Source: Amphiscolops sp. MND2022 (Eukaryota). Taken from it: a DNA stretch of 64,000 nucleotides. The position numbers and the translations under genes were made by a program. Below are positions 1-12,490 of this stretch, one piece after another. The stretch spans positions 744,001-808,000 of the forward strand of contig OZ076418.1 of NCBI GenBank assembly GCA_964187785.1, read 5' to 3'. Under the pieces are notes generated by a model that was not told where the DNA came from, searched no databases, and saw only the letters and a list, made by a program, of their open reading frames with translations. The stretch's first letter is position 1. Every line of letters begins with the position of its first letter.

Positions 1-711
1 AGAATCGGGTTGTGAAACGCTTACTATTAGCCAACACCAGAATGGAAGACTGTGTTGGGTTTGCTCTCGCTGACATGATGCGTCAGAATGACGTCATTGA
101 GGTTCTGAATGTGGAAAGTAACTTCCTGACTGGAGCCGGAGGCTTGATTCGTCTCTGCGATGCAGTTGAAATGAACACAACACTGAAGGAGTTGAGACTA
201 GCAAATCAATTCACAGGCGCCGGACATGCTACAGAAATGCGAATAGCTGACATGCTTCAAGTGAACAAAACTATTCTCAAGTTCGGCTTCAATTTCGACG
301 CCCCGGGTCCCAGAAATATAGCAACAACGTCCATCCAACGCAATGTCGAAATAAGCCGTCAGATCCGCAGAGGCGACTTAGACGATTCTGCCAGGCAACC
401 AGTGGCTAGAAACAAGGACGACCGGTTTTTCCAGCAGTTGGAGAAAAAAGCGGAACAGATGCAGCAGATTTTGACCAAGATGATTGAAGTGGAGCAGAAA
501 CAAGCGGAGAAGAATCTGATGGCGAAGCAAGACACTTACAAGGAGAGAATGAAAGACATGATTCCTAGGTGGGAGAGACTGGGCATTCCGGACCCGAGGA
601 AGCGACTGTCGGCAGACTTGACGGACGAGCTGAGCGGCCTTATGGATGAAGATGACCCGACCACGCACACAAGAACCGATGACATCTTGGATGACGGCGA
701 TGACCATGAAG
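1..711 (+). CDS. TMOD: Tropomodulin-family gene, partial upstream duplicate (3' part of the large coding exon; 5' part lies outside the window)
   Basis: Translation is identical to the LRR and C-terminal part of the 6179 ORF (offset 6959). Putative splice donor GAAG|GTAAAA at 711/712; no downstream acidic exon is visible for this copy. Confidence 0.8.
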
Positions 712-1023
712 GTAAAATGAGTTTATTGTTTTCCGCCCACATATAATGACTATTTCACTTGATAGTTACTTCACTATTTTAGTTACTAGTATTTAATATT
801 GCGTTTTACTAAAGAGGATGCAGAGGTTCGAAAACAAGCGAGTTTGTCCCAGCGCGCTATATCCGAAGTAAATTGCATTTTACCAAGGGGAGGCAAATTT
901 TCGATTAAGTGTCTATTGTTAGCCAATTGACAGCGTAAAAAAGTCATTTCGGATGCGATAGGTGTCACTGAACTATATATATACGCATATTAAAATAATC
1001 GCTTCGCACCGCTTCGCCTCTGT

Positions 1024-1590
1024 GTTATTATTATCATTATTAGGGCTTCGTGGAATTGCCACAGGGAGAAACTCCCGTAATTAAATCAAGGGGTTAGCAC
1101 GACATGGTTCACATAGGCACACAAAAATCCAAGTACACGGATTGTTTGCCCAATAATATTTAAGTTACTTCCACATTAAAGTAAGCAGTCTCTGTTTCAG
1201 GCTCAGTTGGTTGAAAAAGTCAAGGTGCTTCTGTATTATTTTGATTCTGAATCCAGTTCGGTACCAGAAGTTTTGACGTTGTGCTTCGTAAAAGGTAGTC
1301 GGTAATATGATTCTCGTCTGTCTTCCTTCACGCTTGATTTCATAGTGCTCGGTAAGGTCAACTGTATAGTAGTCGTTAATGATGTTACTGTACAACAAAA
1401 AGTCTTTGAGAACTTTGTAATAAAGTGGTGGCAATAAGTTCGTCGAAAGTAGCGAGTCAATGTAGTTCATGTTGCCACACATCCATTTGAGGGCTTTGGC
1501 GTTGAAATTTTCGATTAATTTGTGCTCAACCTTGTGATTAATATTGTTGCTATAACTTGTAAAGGCGCATATGAGAGTATCTTTCAATTA
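1024..1590 (-). mobile_element. 5'-truncated non-LTR retrotransposon (LINE) 3' fragment, intronic
   Basis: The 140-aa ORF (1165-1587) resembles the C-terminal region of a LINE ORF2 (RQNFWYRT...). It is followed on the minus strand by a (TAA)n-like tail at about 1024-1042. Confidence 0.5.
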
Positions 1591-4366
1591 AATTCATATA
1601 CCAGATTCTTCCTTTCAATGAGTATTCGATGAATCGAAACTGAAAACAATCGAATTTTCGACCCTGGTGGCCGTTGGGAGAGAAGATACCATTTTTGTGT
1701 TTTGCACTCCTATGTCTCGTAGACAGCTTTTTGACAAACCCAAGATTTTAGGGTTGAGCTAGCTCCATTCTGATTACTTCAATGGGACGTGCTATGGATG
1801 CCTGGTGTAGAACTAGGGTCGTTTAAACATTCACTTGCAACTACATCTACGAAAAGTGTATAATTTTTTCGCAAAATTTCCCAAAATCGACAATTCTTTC
1901 GCCAAAGTGCACGCCTGGGGAAGGTGAAAATCACTTCTAGAGCTACCAGCGGCCTGAAAAATTAACACGGTATACTACTGTGACCAAATCGTGGGAAAAT
2001 TACCGCCGATTGCGCCAAAATTGATTATACGTGACTTGGTGTCGCTTCAGAATGTTGATTGAAGAATCGACTATGTTGTGAAATTTACAAAAGTCTGTGA
2101 AACTCGCCTTCTAGGCTTCCTAGCTACCTGAAATTTTGTATGCGAGCGTGAATTTTGCCCACGTAACAGAAAAATAAAATAGCGGGGTGCCCAGGTCAAT
2201 ATTCCGCAATCCGAGTTGACAAAACTATGATGTACCCTATTAGTCACTTCCTGGGGCCAAAATTCACAAAAATGTCAATTTCTCCAAATTGGACAGTAGC
2301 AAGCTGCTCAAAATGCACAAATCGTCGGGATCTAGTGCTGTGTGTACGAAAATGCAAGAAATTTAGTGCTGGGATACTCCGAAGGTATTGCACTATGCTC
2401 AACTAAAATTCGATTTTTTTGACAGTTTCGTACAATTTTTGAGCAAAACTGCGGCTAAGATTTCTCGATCACTAGTAATGGTAGCGCTACGAAATTTACA
2501 CCACTAACGTAACTTTTTACGGTCTACACCATGGTGCAATCCGTTTTGGGCTACTCCTGCTAGGAGAGATTTCGACCTGTCTCAGGATCACTACTTCAGT
2601 GTACCGATATTATCATTGAAATAACACGTTTTTGGCTATTTCTCGGCAACCACTGGTTAGAATCACTCGCGGTTTGCTGCGTTTGCAACGTTTTACTCTA
2701 TACTAACAGAAAATAGGCAAGCAAAACCTGGCAGGTTCCAAATAAGGTCTCTCAAAATAAAGTTCAAGTTACACCTTTTACACTCTGGGAACAATGTGAA
2801 AAATACGTATTTTCCCTAGGAACTTTTTATTTCTCGGTTCCCAGATGTTCGGGATGGTTCTAACAGTACAGTAGGAAGGTGTGACAACTTTTTTTAGGGG
2901 AGTGGGGTTATTTCAATTATTACTTTTGATGTTATTACTCTCAGGTCTATGGGGTCCTCTACTCAGGTCTATGTATATCAAAGAAAATCAGAAGTTAAAG
3001 TGTCAATTTATATTAAGGAATGCTAAAAATTGTCTTGGCAGTAGTGTTTTGTACTACCAAGCTTGGAAACAACGTTTTTGGGCTGATCTTAAAGCTTGGG
3101 AACAAGTGCCCAAGGCTTCGCCCTCACCAATTTTGGTCTTTTAGGCCAAAATTGATGTTTTCTCTATAAAACTCGCTAATTTTCTCAATGTTTCAACAAT
3201 TTAGCCCAGCAAATTTTTCTGTTCCTGACCTAGCAGGTTTGATGGAACGTTTTTTTTTTGTATTCCCACTGGCCGTATCCTTTTCCACTAGATTTCAACT
3301 TTCAACACCTCAAAAATTGGTATTTGAGCTATATATGGTGTTGTTTTCAAGGTTTTCGCGCTCAAATTTTTAATCAACTGGTCCAAATACCCACAGGGTA
3401 TTTTCCCCAGTTAATTTCAGTGGGAACAGGCCTGGGAATATGCTTTTTGGGCCGATTATTAGCAAGAATTAGCAATATAATCCGATTGACGTGGGTATAC
3501 GGCAACTACAGGGGTACTGGAGGTGTGATGTCGGAGGTGCTCACACACTGTCGTCAGCTGATTGGGGCCTTCAGCACTCGTCCTCCCGGTCCCCATACAT
3601 TGCTAATTTACTAAAACGGAGCTACAAAACCCTTTAAAACCAGTTCCGGATAGGCCGGATTAACATTTTCAACAGCAGGTGTTATCAAAATACAAGGGGT
3701 ACACTGTCTGAAATCGTCGATTTTTGGTTTCAGACCTCGGAAATACGCAGGATACGCATTGAAAAACACTAGTACAAGGCCCACAGGGCTAGAATAAGGC
3801 ACCAAAAACAATCTAGGACTCTCCAACAAGTTTTCCTAGGTCCAGACCTATCAGCGTCGTAAAGCAGGAAAAACTCCAATTATGGCGAAAAGATGGAAAA
3901 ATGTCCCTTGTGGGGCGCCATAAAAACTACTCTAGATGTAACGTCAAGCAAGTAACGCACATACCAGAACTGGGACAATACTTAGGTTGCCTAGACAGGA
4001 GACCATAGTCCTATAACAAGCCTAAATACCAGTTTTTCGTCCCTAAAGGTCTCTTAGGGACTTTTCCAAAACACCGTGGAGACTCCTCTTATTAGAGCTC
4101 CGTGGCGACGTGCCGGCACACTCAAAGTCCGGACACGTCCCACAAGCATGTAAAAACGTTCCTAAAGACTTCCTGCGGTCCTACATACTCCCGAGGTCCG
4201 AAAACAGGGTTCTAGCTGAAATGCATTCTATTTCAGAAAATAACGTCTAAATACTCCATTACAAGGATCTGGCAGATCCGACATCATCATAAATCTGTAA
4301 ATCAAAACTAATGACATCAGAATTAATCAAGATTGGCACTTGTGGCATGTTTCTATTGAATTCGCG

Positions 4367-4716
4367 GGGTGGCTGTAAATAGGTCGAATTTTTCTGGTCG
4401 AAAGGACAGAGGTCGAACCTTTTGATCGAATTGAAGGGATCGAATGGAATGCGGTCGAATTTTATCGTATTTGTTGTATGGCTCGGTCGCTTCGCTCCCT
4501 TCGCCAAGTAGCAACATTGAGGCATGGCCATATGGCGCGTCGCTCCGCTTCGCTTCGCTCCTGCATTCAGGGCACTAGGGGTATGTGAACATATCTGACT
4601 ACGTTATAAAAATTTCGATCCGATTTGTTTCGATCCCATTCAAAAATTTGGTATTGTCGACCTGAGGACTAACTCTGATTTTCGATCCCGTTCCTTCGAC
4701 CTATTTCCGCCCACCC
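4367..4716. mobile_element. MITE (350 bp) with 9-bp TSD, MULE-like
   Basis: Imperfect TIRs GGGTGG..AAATAGGTCGAA / TTCGACCTATTT..CCACCC. Direct repeat GAATTCGCG at 4358-4366 and 4717-4725. Confidence 0.8.
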
Positions 4717-5227
4717 GAATTCGCGATTCTCTTCATCTTCTTTGCTGTGGGATATCTGGATCTCAGAACGTTTTTGTATTAAAAACGCACTTTTCTGGGG
4801 AGATGACACAAATCCGAGCATTTTTCTTGTTCTTCCACATCGTGTCAGTGTCTTTTCTTTTTTCTGGGTCGGGGTGGGGGGTCGTCTTTTTTTGTGCTTC
4901 CTTTTTGATTTCAACGACCTGCCAGGTCGGCCATTTTGATTCGCACACTTTCTGGTCCTTGATCGAATTTTTCATCGAAAATTTGGTGCTGACTGGTGGA
5001 CGTTACAAAGATCGCGAAGCGATCGTAGTGAGAGCTGGTCTTTGCGACGGTGAGGGCGAGCGTGCATACACCGCATATGCCCCACATTATGATATTTCCG
5101 GGAATTGACATATTTATTCCTTGAGTTGGAATGGAGTTGGCTTAATTTTGTGGTCACTTGGCTTAATATTTTTAAGCCAAATGACTCGACGAAAAACTTA
5201 AGCCAAATGGTATTAAGCCAAGTGACT

Positions 5228-5480
5228 GGTAACCGGCAGAGCCAGCTGAGTACTCGAAATATCGTCGAAGTTCACGTTACACACTTTGGAAAGTCCATTT
5301 CGTTTGTCATGTTTCTCCAAGAGAGCTGTATGATTAAAACATGTACTGGTTCTCGGGAAGTACAACAACTTTGGCAAACTGAAGCAATTTTTCAACATAT
5401 GAAAAACCATAGTGCGCATCTGGTTTTTCAACAATCCCGTTAACTTTTTCCAGTTCATTAATTTTCTTTTCCAATTGGCG
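5228..5480 (-). pseudogene. CRE-clade-like non-LTR retrotransposon RT/thumb fragment (inverted 5' part)
   Basis: Translation LKNCFSLPKLLYFPRTSTCF...QLALPV matches the conserved post-RT block of RLE-type (CRE-like) retroelements. Confidence 0.6.
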
Positions 5481-5485
5481 AATTA

Positions 5486-5722
5486 ATGGACAAAGGATAC
5501 ATTTTTCAACCGGTGGCCTTGAAAGTACAGGGTTCTTTATGCGAGAGCAGTGAAATTTTCACCCGTCTCTGTAAACTCTGTAAAATGCTCTGTCGTTCGC
5601 ACAACGATCAACGAGTTGGCAGCTTTTCGAAGCAACGGATTTCAATGGCTCTTCAGATCGGCAATGCGGCCTGTGTTCTAGGAACTTGGAGTGACAGAGA
5701 TGTGTTCGAAGAAATTTATTAA
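5486..5722 (+). pseudogene. CRE-clade-like non-LTR retrotransposon C-terminal fragment
   Basis: YIFQPVA...G...QRISMALQIGNAACVLGT is the typical C-terminus after the restriction-like endonuclease domain. It is followed by a short AT-rich 3' tail. Confidence 0.65.
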
Positions 5723-6178
5723 ATATAGTTTATTTTTTAATAACTTCTATATCATTGCAGCTTTAAAAAATTCTACCGGTCGACTGGGATAGTGGCTGGT
5801 ATGAGTAATTTGTTGTTTTTTTTGTTACTGGTCTACTGGGATAGTGGCTGGTATGGGGTTCCCTACTTTCGTTGCAGACCACGGGTGTGTGTCTTCTCCC
5901 CCCAACATGATGATACACGTGGCACTTGATTGATGACGAAGATCCATGATATCTGATAGAGAAAAAATTCCGCTTCAACTTTTATGCTGGCTCTGTTTGC
6001 TGTGAGCTACACTCGAGCCCTGAAATAATGTTGACATTAAAAAATTCAGCATAAAAAACAGAACTTCAGGTTTTGAAATCAGTTTCTACGTGATAGATAA
6101 TAGTTGTGAAGATTTTCATCAGGTCGAATTCTGTTCAAATTCGAATTCCGACACCCATGGTTTATTCTTTAGATCAGA

Positions 6179-7670
6179 ATGTCGGTTACTGCGAATCGCA
6201 AATTCACTGCCCAAGATGAAGAAATTCTAGAATCCCTGAACGAGAGCGAAGTCAATGAGTTAGCTATTTTCCTCAGTGACTTAGACACCAATGGTGCTAT
6301 CGAATTGACTGATCATGTGCCCCCTAGTGAACGCACGACCTATCACGTGGACAAGGCTGGAGCCGACACCTACGATAGGAATAAGCTATTGAACTTCCTT
6401 GATAAACAGGCGGCTCAGTACCAACCTAAAGATCATTATGAGCCGTACACGGGTGAGAAGAAAGGAAAGCCGTGGCGTCCCAAGAAGGAAATTCGAACTT
6501 ATGGCATGAGAGGCGACCAGGGCGACAAAAAGGGTGCTGTAGCTGAGGAATGGGAGAATCTCATCGACGCTGCCAGTGATGAAGATCTTGCTGACATGGC
6601 TGCTCTGTTAGGCTTGGGTCATTTGGTCAACCAGGACCAGTATCAAGCGGCACAGCAAATTTTAGCCGAGGATAGAAAAACAAGGTTAAAACCTGGCGAA
6701 CCAGAGGAGCCTTTCCTGGAAGAAAATGTTAGCTTGAAAAACACTGGACGACTTGATACTCTCACACCATCCAAAGTCAAACTTGGAATAGTCAAGATGG
6801 ACATTCCTGCTAAACTTGGCGGTGAAGTCAATATGGCGGACGTTGAAGATATCATAAACAGGTCGATGGATAATGATCAGAGTTTAACTGAAATCAATTT
6901 GAACAACATCAAGAACATCTCGAAGGAGAGATTTGTCAACTTGTTTAACGCTTTGAAGCAGAATCGGGTTGTGAAACGCTTACTATTAGCCAACACCAGA
7001 ATGGAAGACTGTGTTGGGTTTGCTCTCGCTGACATGATGCGTCAGAATGACGTCATTGAGGTTCTGAATGTGGAAAGTAACTTCCTGACTGGAGCCGGAG
7101 GCTTGATTCGTCTCTGCGATGCAGTTGAAATGAACACAACACTGAAGGAGTTGAGACTAGCAAATCAATTCACAGGCGCCGGACATGCTACAGAAATGCG
7201 AATAGCTGACATGCTTCAAGTGAACAAAACTATTCTCAAGTTCGGCTTCAATTTCGACGCCCCGGGTCCCAGAAATATAGCAACAACGTCCATCCAACGC
7301 AATGTCGAAATAAGCCGTCAGATCCGCAGAGGCGACTTAGACGATTCTGCCAGGCAACCAGTGGCTAGAAACAAGGACGACCGGTTTTTCCAGCAGTTGG
7401 AGAAAAAAGCGGAACAGATGCAGCAGATTTTGACCAAGATGATTGAAGTGGAGCAGAAACAAGCGGAGAAGAATCTGATGGCGAAGCAAGACACTTACAA
7501 GGAGAGAATGAAAGACATGATTCCTAGGTGGGAGAGACTGGGCATTCCGGACCCGAGGAAGCGACTGTCGGCAGACTTGACGGACGAGCTGAGCGGCCTT
7601 ATGGATGAAGATGACCCGACCACGCACACAAGAACCGATGACATCTTGGATGACGGCGATGACCATGAAG
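6179..7670 (+). CDS. TMOD: Tropomodulin-family protein, large coding exon
   Basis: N-terminal tropomodulin motifs (DEEILESLNESE, EPYTGEKKGKPW, ASDEDLADMAALLG) and the LRR actin-binding domain (EINLNNIKNI, LNVESNFLTGAG, ILKFGFNF..PGPR). Acceptor-like TTTATTCTTTAG at 6161-6172; phase-1 donor GAAG|GTAAAA at 7670/7671. Confidence 0.9.
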
Positions 7671-8618
7671 GTAAAATGAGTTTATTGTTTTCCGCCCACA
7701 TATAATGACTATTTCACTTGATAGTTACTTCACTATTTTAGTTACTAGTATTTAATATTGCGTTTTACTAAAGAGGATGCAGAGGTTCGAAAACAAGCGA
7801 GTTTGTCCCAGCGCGCTATATCCGAAGTAAATTGCATTTTACCAAGGGGAGGCAAATTTTCGATTAAGTGTCTATTGTTAGCCAATTGACAGCGTAAAAA
7901 AGTCATTTCGGATGCGATAGGTGTCACTGAACTATATATATACGCATATTAAAATAATCGCTTCGCACCGCTTCGCCTCTGTGTTATTATTATCATTATT
8001 AGGGCTTCGTGGAATTGCCACAGGGAGAAACTCCCGTAATTAAATCAAGGGGTTAGCACGACATGGTTCACATAGGCACACAAAAATCCAAGTACACGGA
8101 TTGTTTGCCCAATAATATTTAAGTTACTTCCACATTAAAGTAAGCAGTCTCTGTTTCAGGCTCAGTTGGTTGAAAAAGTCAAGGTGCTTCTGTATTATTT
8201 TGATTCTGAATCCAGTTCGGTACCAGAAGTTTTGACGTTGTGCTTCGTAAAAGGTAGTCGGTAATATGATTCTCGTCTGTCTTCCTTCACGCTTGATTTC
8301 ATAGTGCTCGGTAAGGTCAACTGTATAGTAGTCGTTAATGATGTTACTGTACAACAAAAAGTCTTTGAGAACTTTGTAATAAAGTGGTGGCAATAAGTTC
8401 GTCGAAAGTAGCGAGTCAATGTAGTTCATGTTGCCACACATCCATTTGAGGGCTTTGGCGTTGAAATTTTCGATTAATTTGTGCTCAACCTTGTGATTAA
8501 TATTGTTGCTATAACTTGTAAAGGCGCATATGAGAGTATCTTTCAATTAAATTCATATACCAGATTCTTCCTTTCAATGAGTATTCGATGAATCGAAACT
8601 GAAAACAATCGAATTTTC
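6960..8618 (+). repeat. Segmental duplication, copy 2 (matches 1-1659)
   Basis: Same ORFs as 1-1659 at offset 6959. Confidence 0.95.
7983..8549 (-). mobile_element. Duplicate of the intronic LINE 3' fragment
   Basis: Identical 140-aa ORF at 8124-8546 with the same TAA-rich tail. Confidence 0.5.
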
Positions 8619-8945
8619 ACGTATCAATCACAATCAATGGAAATCAAAATTTATTACGAAATGTTGAGTCACGACAATAGGATACGCGCATGTTGTGAAT
8701 CGGGGACCAGGAACAGTATCTAAAGGAATATTATCTAAACCAATCCGATCACTCAAATTGACATGAATGCGGGTGTTTTAACCAATCATACGATTTTAAA
8801 TATTTTTCAAATGCTATTCCGTTTTCCTCCCAAATGCATGAGGGGTTCTTTTCGCTGGTACTTTGTTAGATCATTACATTGACTTTTGGTTCCAAAACTA
8901 CCAAAACTGTTTATGAAAAACCGATGTGCAAAAGTTAGTTGAAAC

Positions 8946-9288
8946 GGGAACGTTTATTTAGGCCCGAGAAACTATGGCCCGATAGTGAAATATCTGAGGT
9001 CCGAAAATTAGTTCATCGAAATTATTATTATAACGTAGTCAGCTATATTCACATACCGCTAGCGCCCTAAATGCAGAAGCGAAGCGGAGCGACGTGCCAT
9101 ATGGCCATGCCTCAATGTTGCTACTTGGCGAAGGGAGCGAAGTGACCGAGCCATACAACAATTATGCTAACTCTTCAAATAAATCAAGTTTAATACATAT
9201 TGGCTGATATAATATTATCTGACGCTAATAGTCACGGAATTTATCGGGCCTCAAATTACACTAGCTTCGGGCCTCAAATATGCTACCC
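8946..9288. mobile_element. MITE with 8-bp TSD (hAT/P-like)
   Basis: Termini GGGAACGTT..AGGCCCGA / TCGGGCCTCAAATATGCTACCC. TSD GTTGAAAC at 8938-8945 and 9289-9296. Confidence 0.85.
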
Positions 9289-9317
9289 GTTGAAACATGT
9301 TTACACTGATGTTGCAG

Positions 9318-9466
9318 GCTCCAATGACGAGGATGAGGAAAACGAGAATGACGTCACTGGGAATGACGCAGCCGAAGGAGACGAAGACGATGATGAGGAA
9401 GATGAAGACGACGACGATGATGATGATGACGACGATGATGAAGATGACCCGGGCATGATTCCCTAA
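9318..9466 (+). CDS. TMOD: Probable terminal coding exon of the tropomodulin gene (highly acidic tail GSNDEDEE...DDEDDPGMIP*)
   Basis: Acceptor GTTGCAG|GC at 9317/9318 is phase-compatible with the phase-1 donor at 7670 (G|GC = Gly). It continues an Asp-rich stretch and gives a 546-aa protein. Confidence 0.65.
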
Positions 9467-12169
9467 TTGGAGCACTGGAGCACCTTGTCATGAAACACCC
9501 CTTCCCCACGCGGGTTACCATTGGTTGTAGTAGACATCATCCCATCGCTAAGATAATTCGTATATTATTAATTTATGCAAACAAATAAATCTAATCTCAA
9601 AGTAGTGTCCCCTTCGAACCGAGTCAGTTGGAAGTCTGTTACTGTTATTGAGTGAGGAGTGCTCGTTGTTCTTTGGGCGCTGTTCTCTGCGCATCAATCC
9701 CAAATTTTGAACATTCTTTTATAATATGCTTCAAACAGTTTGTACAGAGTGGATGTCCAGTGGAGAAAATATCAAGTTCTATTTTCACCGTATTTGGTGA
9801 GTTGATTTTTTTCTATTGGAGACGTGCTTTATCAAGAGACCAAGACGTATTTTCATGAATTGCTGCCAAAAAAGTGGCACCAGTAGTTTAGTTGCCTCGA
9901 TTTTCATGAAGTATGGGATACGTGAGCAAGTCTCAGGAAAGCCTAAAGTTGGCTTCTGATCGAGCCTAAAAAGAATAAGTCATTTCTCCAACCATACGAG
10001 AACGGTTCCGGATAGAAACCACCTTTTCTAACTTGGAACGATCGGCATTGTTTGATAAAATCTCATCACACTGCGTCTCGCCTGGTTTTAACAACGGTTT
10101 CTATCGCGGAATCGGAATGATACTGTTTCCAAAATGTCATTTCCTGTCTCCATGAATTGATACTTGAGTGAAACAACATGTTCTTTTTTGGGCAACAAAA
10201 AATAATTAAATCCTTTTTTATATTACATATTTTCTCCACAATATTTTCGATTTTCCTATAGAGATTGTTTTCGCTAACTTTTCATCACGGGTTATGGAGC
10301 ACTGATGAAGGGCTACGGGTTTGTTTTCACTCTATTCAGTCGCCAGGTGCAGTTACCTGGTGCAGTGGTGATGCCTAATTCGGAATCATTTAAATTACAC
10401 AATTAGGAGTCACTGCCTGAGTTCCGATTTTGATACTTTCACTCTTCAAAAACATCTTGGACAAAACATTCATTCTACTGTTGGACGAGCTTTCGACACA
10501 CTTAATTGTGTTGAAAGTTTATTCGGAACAATTGTGCTGTTCGAAGCATGCTTCAATTTTCATGCTTAATTCTTAAAAAGTTGTCAGTCTTCAAACTATT
10601 TGACTACAGGGCTATTTGAATGATTAGTTCGATCACTTTTCTCGGTATTGTGTTAACGAAATTCATTTTTAATGAATACAAATGATCGTCACTGCACTGA
10701 AATGCTTCAGAAATGGGCTGAAATTTCGGGTTGTTTTTGAATTGGGGCTCCATCGCCCAACTTTCGAACCTGATGTCAGAGTTTATTGAGACCGTGGATG
10801 CCTATTTAGAAGTGCTTGCTTGATTTTGTGCTAGAATGAATGCGTATTAGATACAATAAATTACCTAATTTGGAACTCAATTTTACCATTATTTTCAAGA
10901 TTTATAGTTAATTTTACACTCTTGTTGTCTTTTCACCACAACTCTCATCGATAGACCAAGTATAGTCAACTCCGGTTCGTATCCAGTTAAATCGGATCTT
11001 GGTTTAATTCATTCATATCTGAGACCCATTTCGCGACGACCAATGTAATATCCAGTTAATTCGCATGTCTCATCATTCGTACTACATTCGTACTGTATTT
11101 CACTCGGTCCCTAGCGATACGAATTAGGTAGGTTCAGCTGTATTAACTCCTGCAAAATCTAGTTCCCGAAAAATAAATTGGCTGAAAACTGTATTTACTT
11201 GAAAAATCGCAGATATTATGGTTGTTACAAAATGAGAACGGCCTTCTATCTAATTGGAGTCTCCTATTAATATCACTTTTCTTCCGATTGACCTGTTTAG
11301 GTCACAGTTCTGTGTCAAAAATATCAAGCACCTAGTTATGTCCGATTCCAGCTGAAATGTTTGTGAATTGGTCGAAACGATTGAATTCGCATAGGACGAA
11401 ATTTCATGCCATTTTCATTTGAAAACGAAGCTTGAAGCCATTTGATAATCTGTGTGTATGTGTGGACTTTGGATCAGAAAGAGGTTTATAGTAGTTTAAT
11501 TGCATCCTGCCGCTAACAACGAGATTGGGGTCTGCTGCTAATGTTTTGACCAATGAAGTTTGTCTGAAGGGCTGTGATGCTATATTGACTATTGACTGAC
11601 CCAAGTTGCATTGACCGGCAAGGTTTGCGACTATGACCAACATTATAATGAGTGGTTTCGTTTCGATGTGGTTCCTGCAGAATCATCCTTAACCTTGATA
11701 AGAGTTGTATATTATGTTTGCTATAAAATATAGTAAGGTTTCATGTTTTATCATGAGTTGATGCAGCTTGTTAAATCAATGTTAAATATGATCGGTATGG
11801 GCTCATAAAAATCCCTAATACTGATGAAAATAGTTAATTCAATTTTGTTTTACCGTAAGAAATTAATTTCCATTGATGGCATTTTTAAAAAAAATGTCCA
11901 CTGCAAAAAGTAATGTTATGTAGTATGAAAAGTTCAAAGATCAAACTAGAATTCAAAAGTAACTGGTTCGGTCTAATGTCGGAAGGAATATCTAACATTA
12001 TGTCCCATGTATGCAGGAGTGAAGTGAATTGGAGCGACGTGCCACTACTTGGTACTTGATAAGTCCCGGAAGAAGGAAGGCCAATGCAAGCTTAGTGCAA
12101 AGGGTCCCCCTTTCATTTTTACTATTTTAACGTAACCTACAAGACCGGACGAGACTAAAGGGACCCCGC

Positions 12170-12490
12170 TTTCATTTTTTTCGTCACTGCGACTTTTTTT
12201 CGAAAATTTTGCAACAGAATGTAAGTTAATGAATCCCATAGGGTCCCCCTTTTACATTTTTCGGCACTATGTGACATTTTCCGAAAGAAAAAATCAGAAG
12301 TTTTTGAATTTTTTGTTCCCAGTTGGGGGAAAAGTGGTTTCCGTGTCTTATCGAGCATGAAAGGCACCCTTTGGGTGTCTCGAAACTGTTTCCTGAGCTT
12401 TTCATAAATACGTCCTGGGCATATTTTAAAAACTTTGCGCTTTTTGAGCCTTAGATGTACCGCCGACTTTGGACGTTCTTTTGTTTTTGT
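12170..12490. repeat. Dispersed non-autonomous repeat fragment related to the internal units of the element at 58763-59762
   Basis: Shared block TTTTGCAACAGAA..AATCCC..AGGGTCCC..TTT..CA..TTTTCGGCACTATG with about 59075-59290. Confidence 0.6.

Larger units (their letters stand above)
1..1659 (+). repeat. Segmental duplication, copy 1 (matches 6960-8618)
   Basis: All ORF translations in 1-1659 are identical to those in 6960-8618 at constant offset 6959. The match ends after GAATTTTC (1659/8618). Confidence 0.95.

Noticed and set aside
1660-4350. Long non-coding stretch between the duplicated gene copies
   Set aside because: It looks like transposon-internal DNA, but I could not identify termini, TSDs or coding remnants.
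7671-7705. C-terminus KMSLLFSAHI* of the 508-aa ORF
   Set aside because: It begins at a good GT donor and contains a dispersed repeat motif (TTTTCCGCCCACATATAA; related motifs at about 17760, 62270 and 62730), so it is probably intronic.
9200-9317. N-terminal part of the 88-aa ORF 9200-9466
   Set aside because: It lies inside a MITE and intron; only 9318-9466 looks like a real exon.
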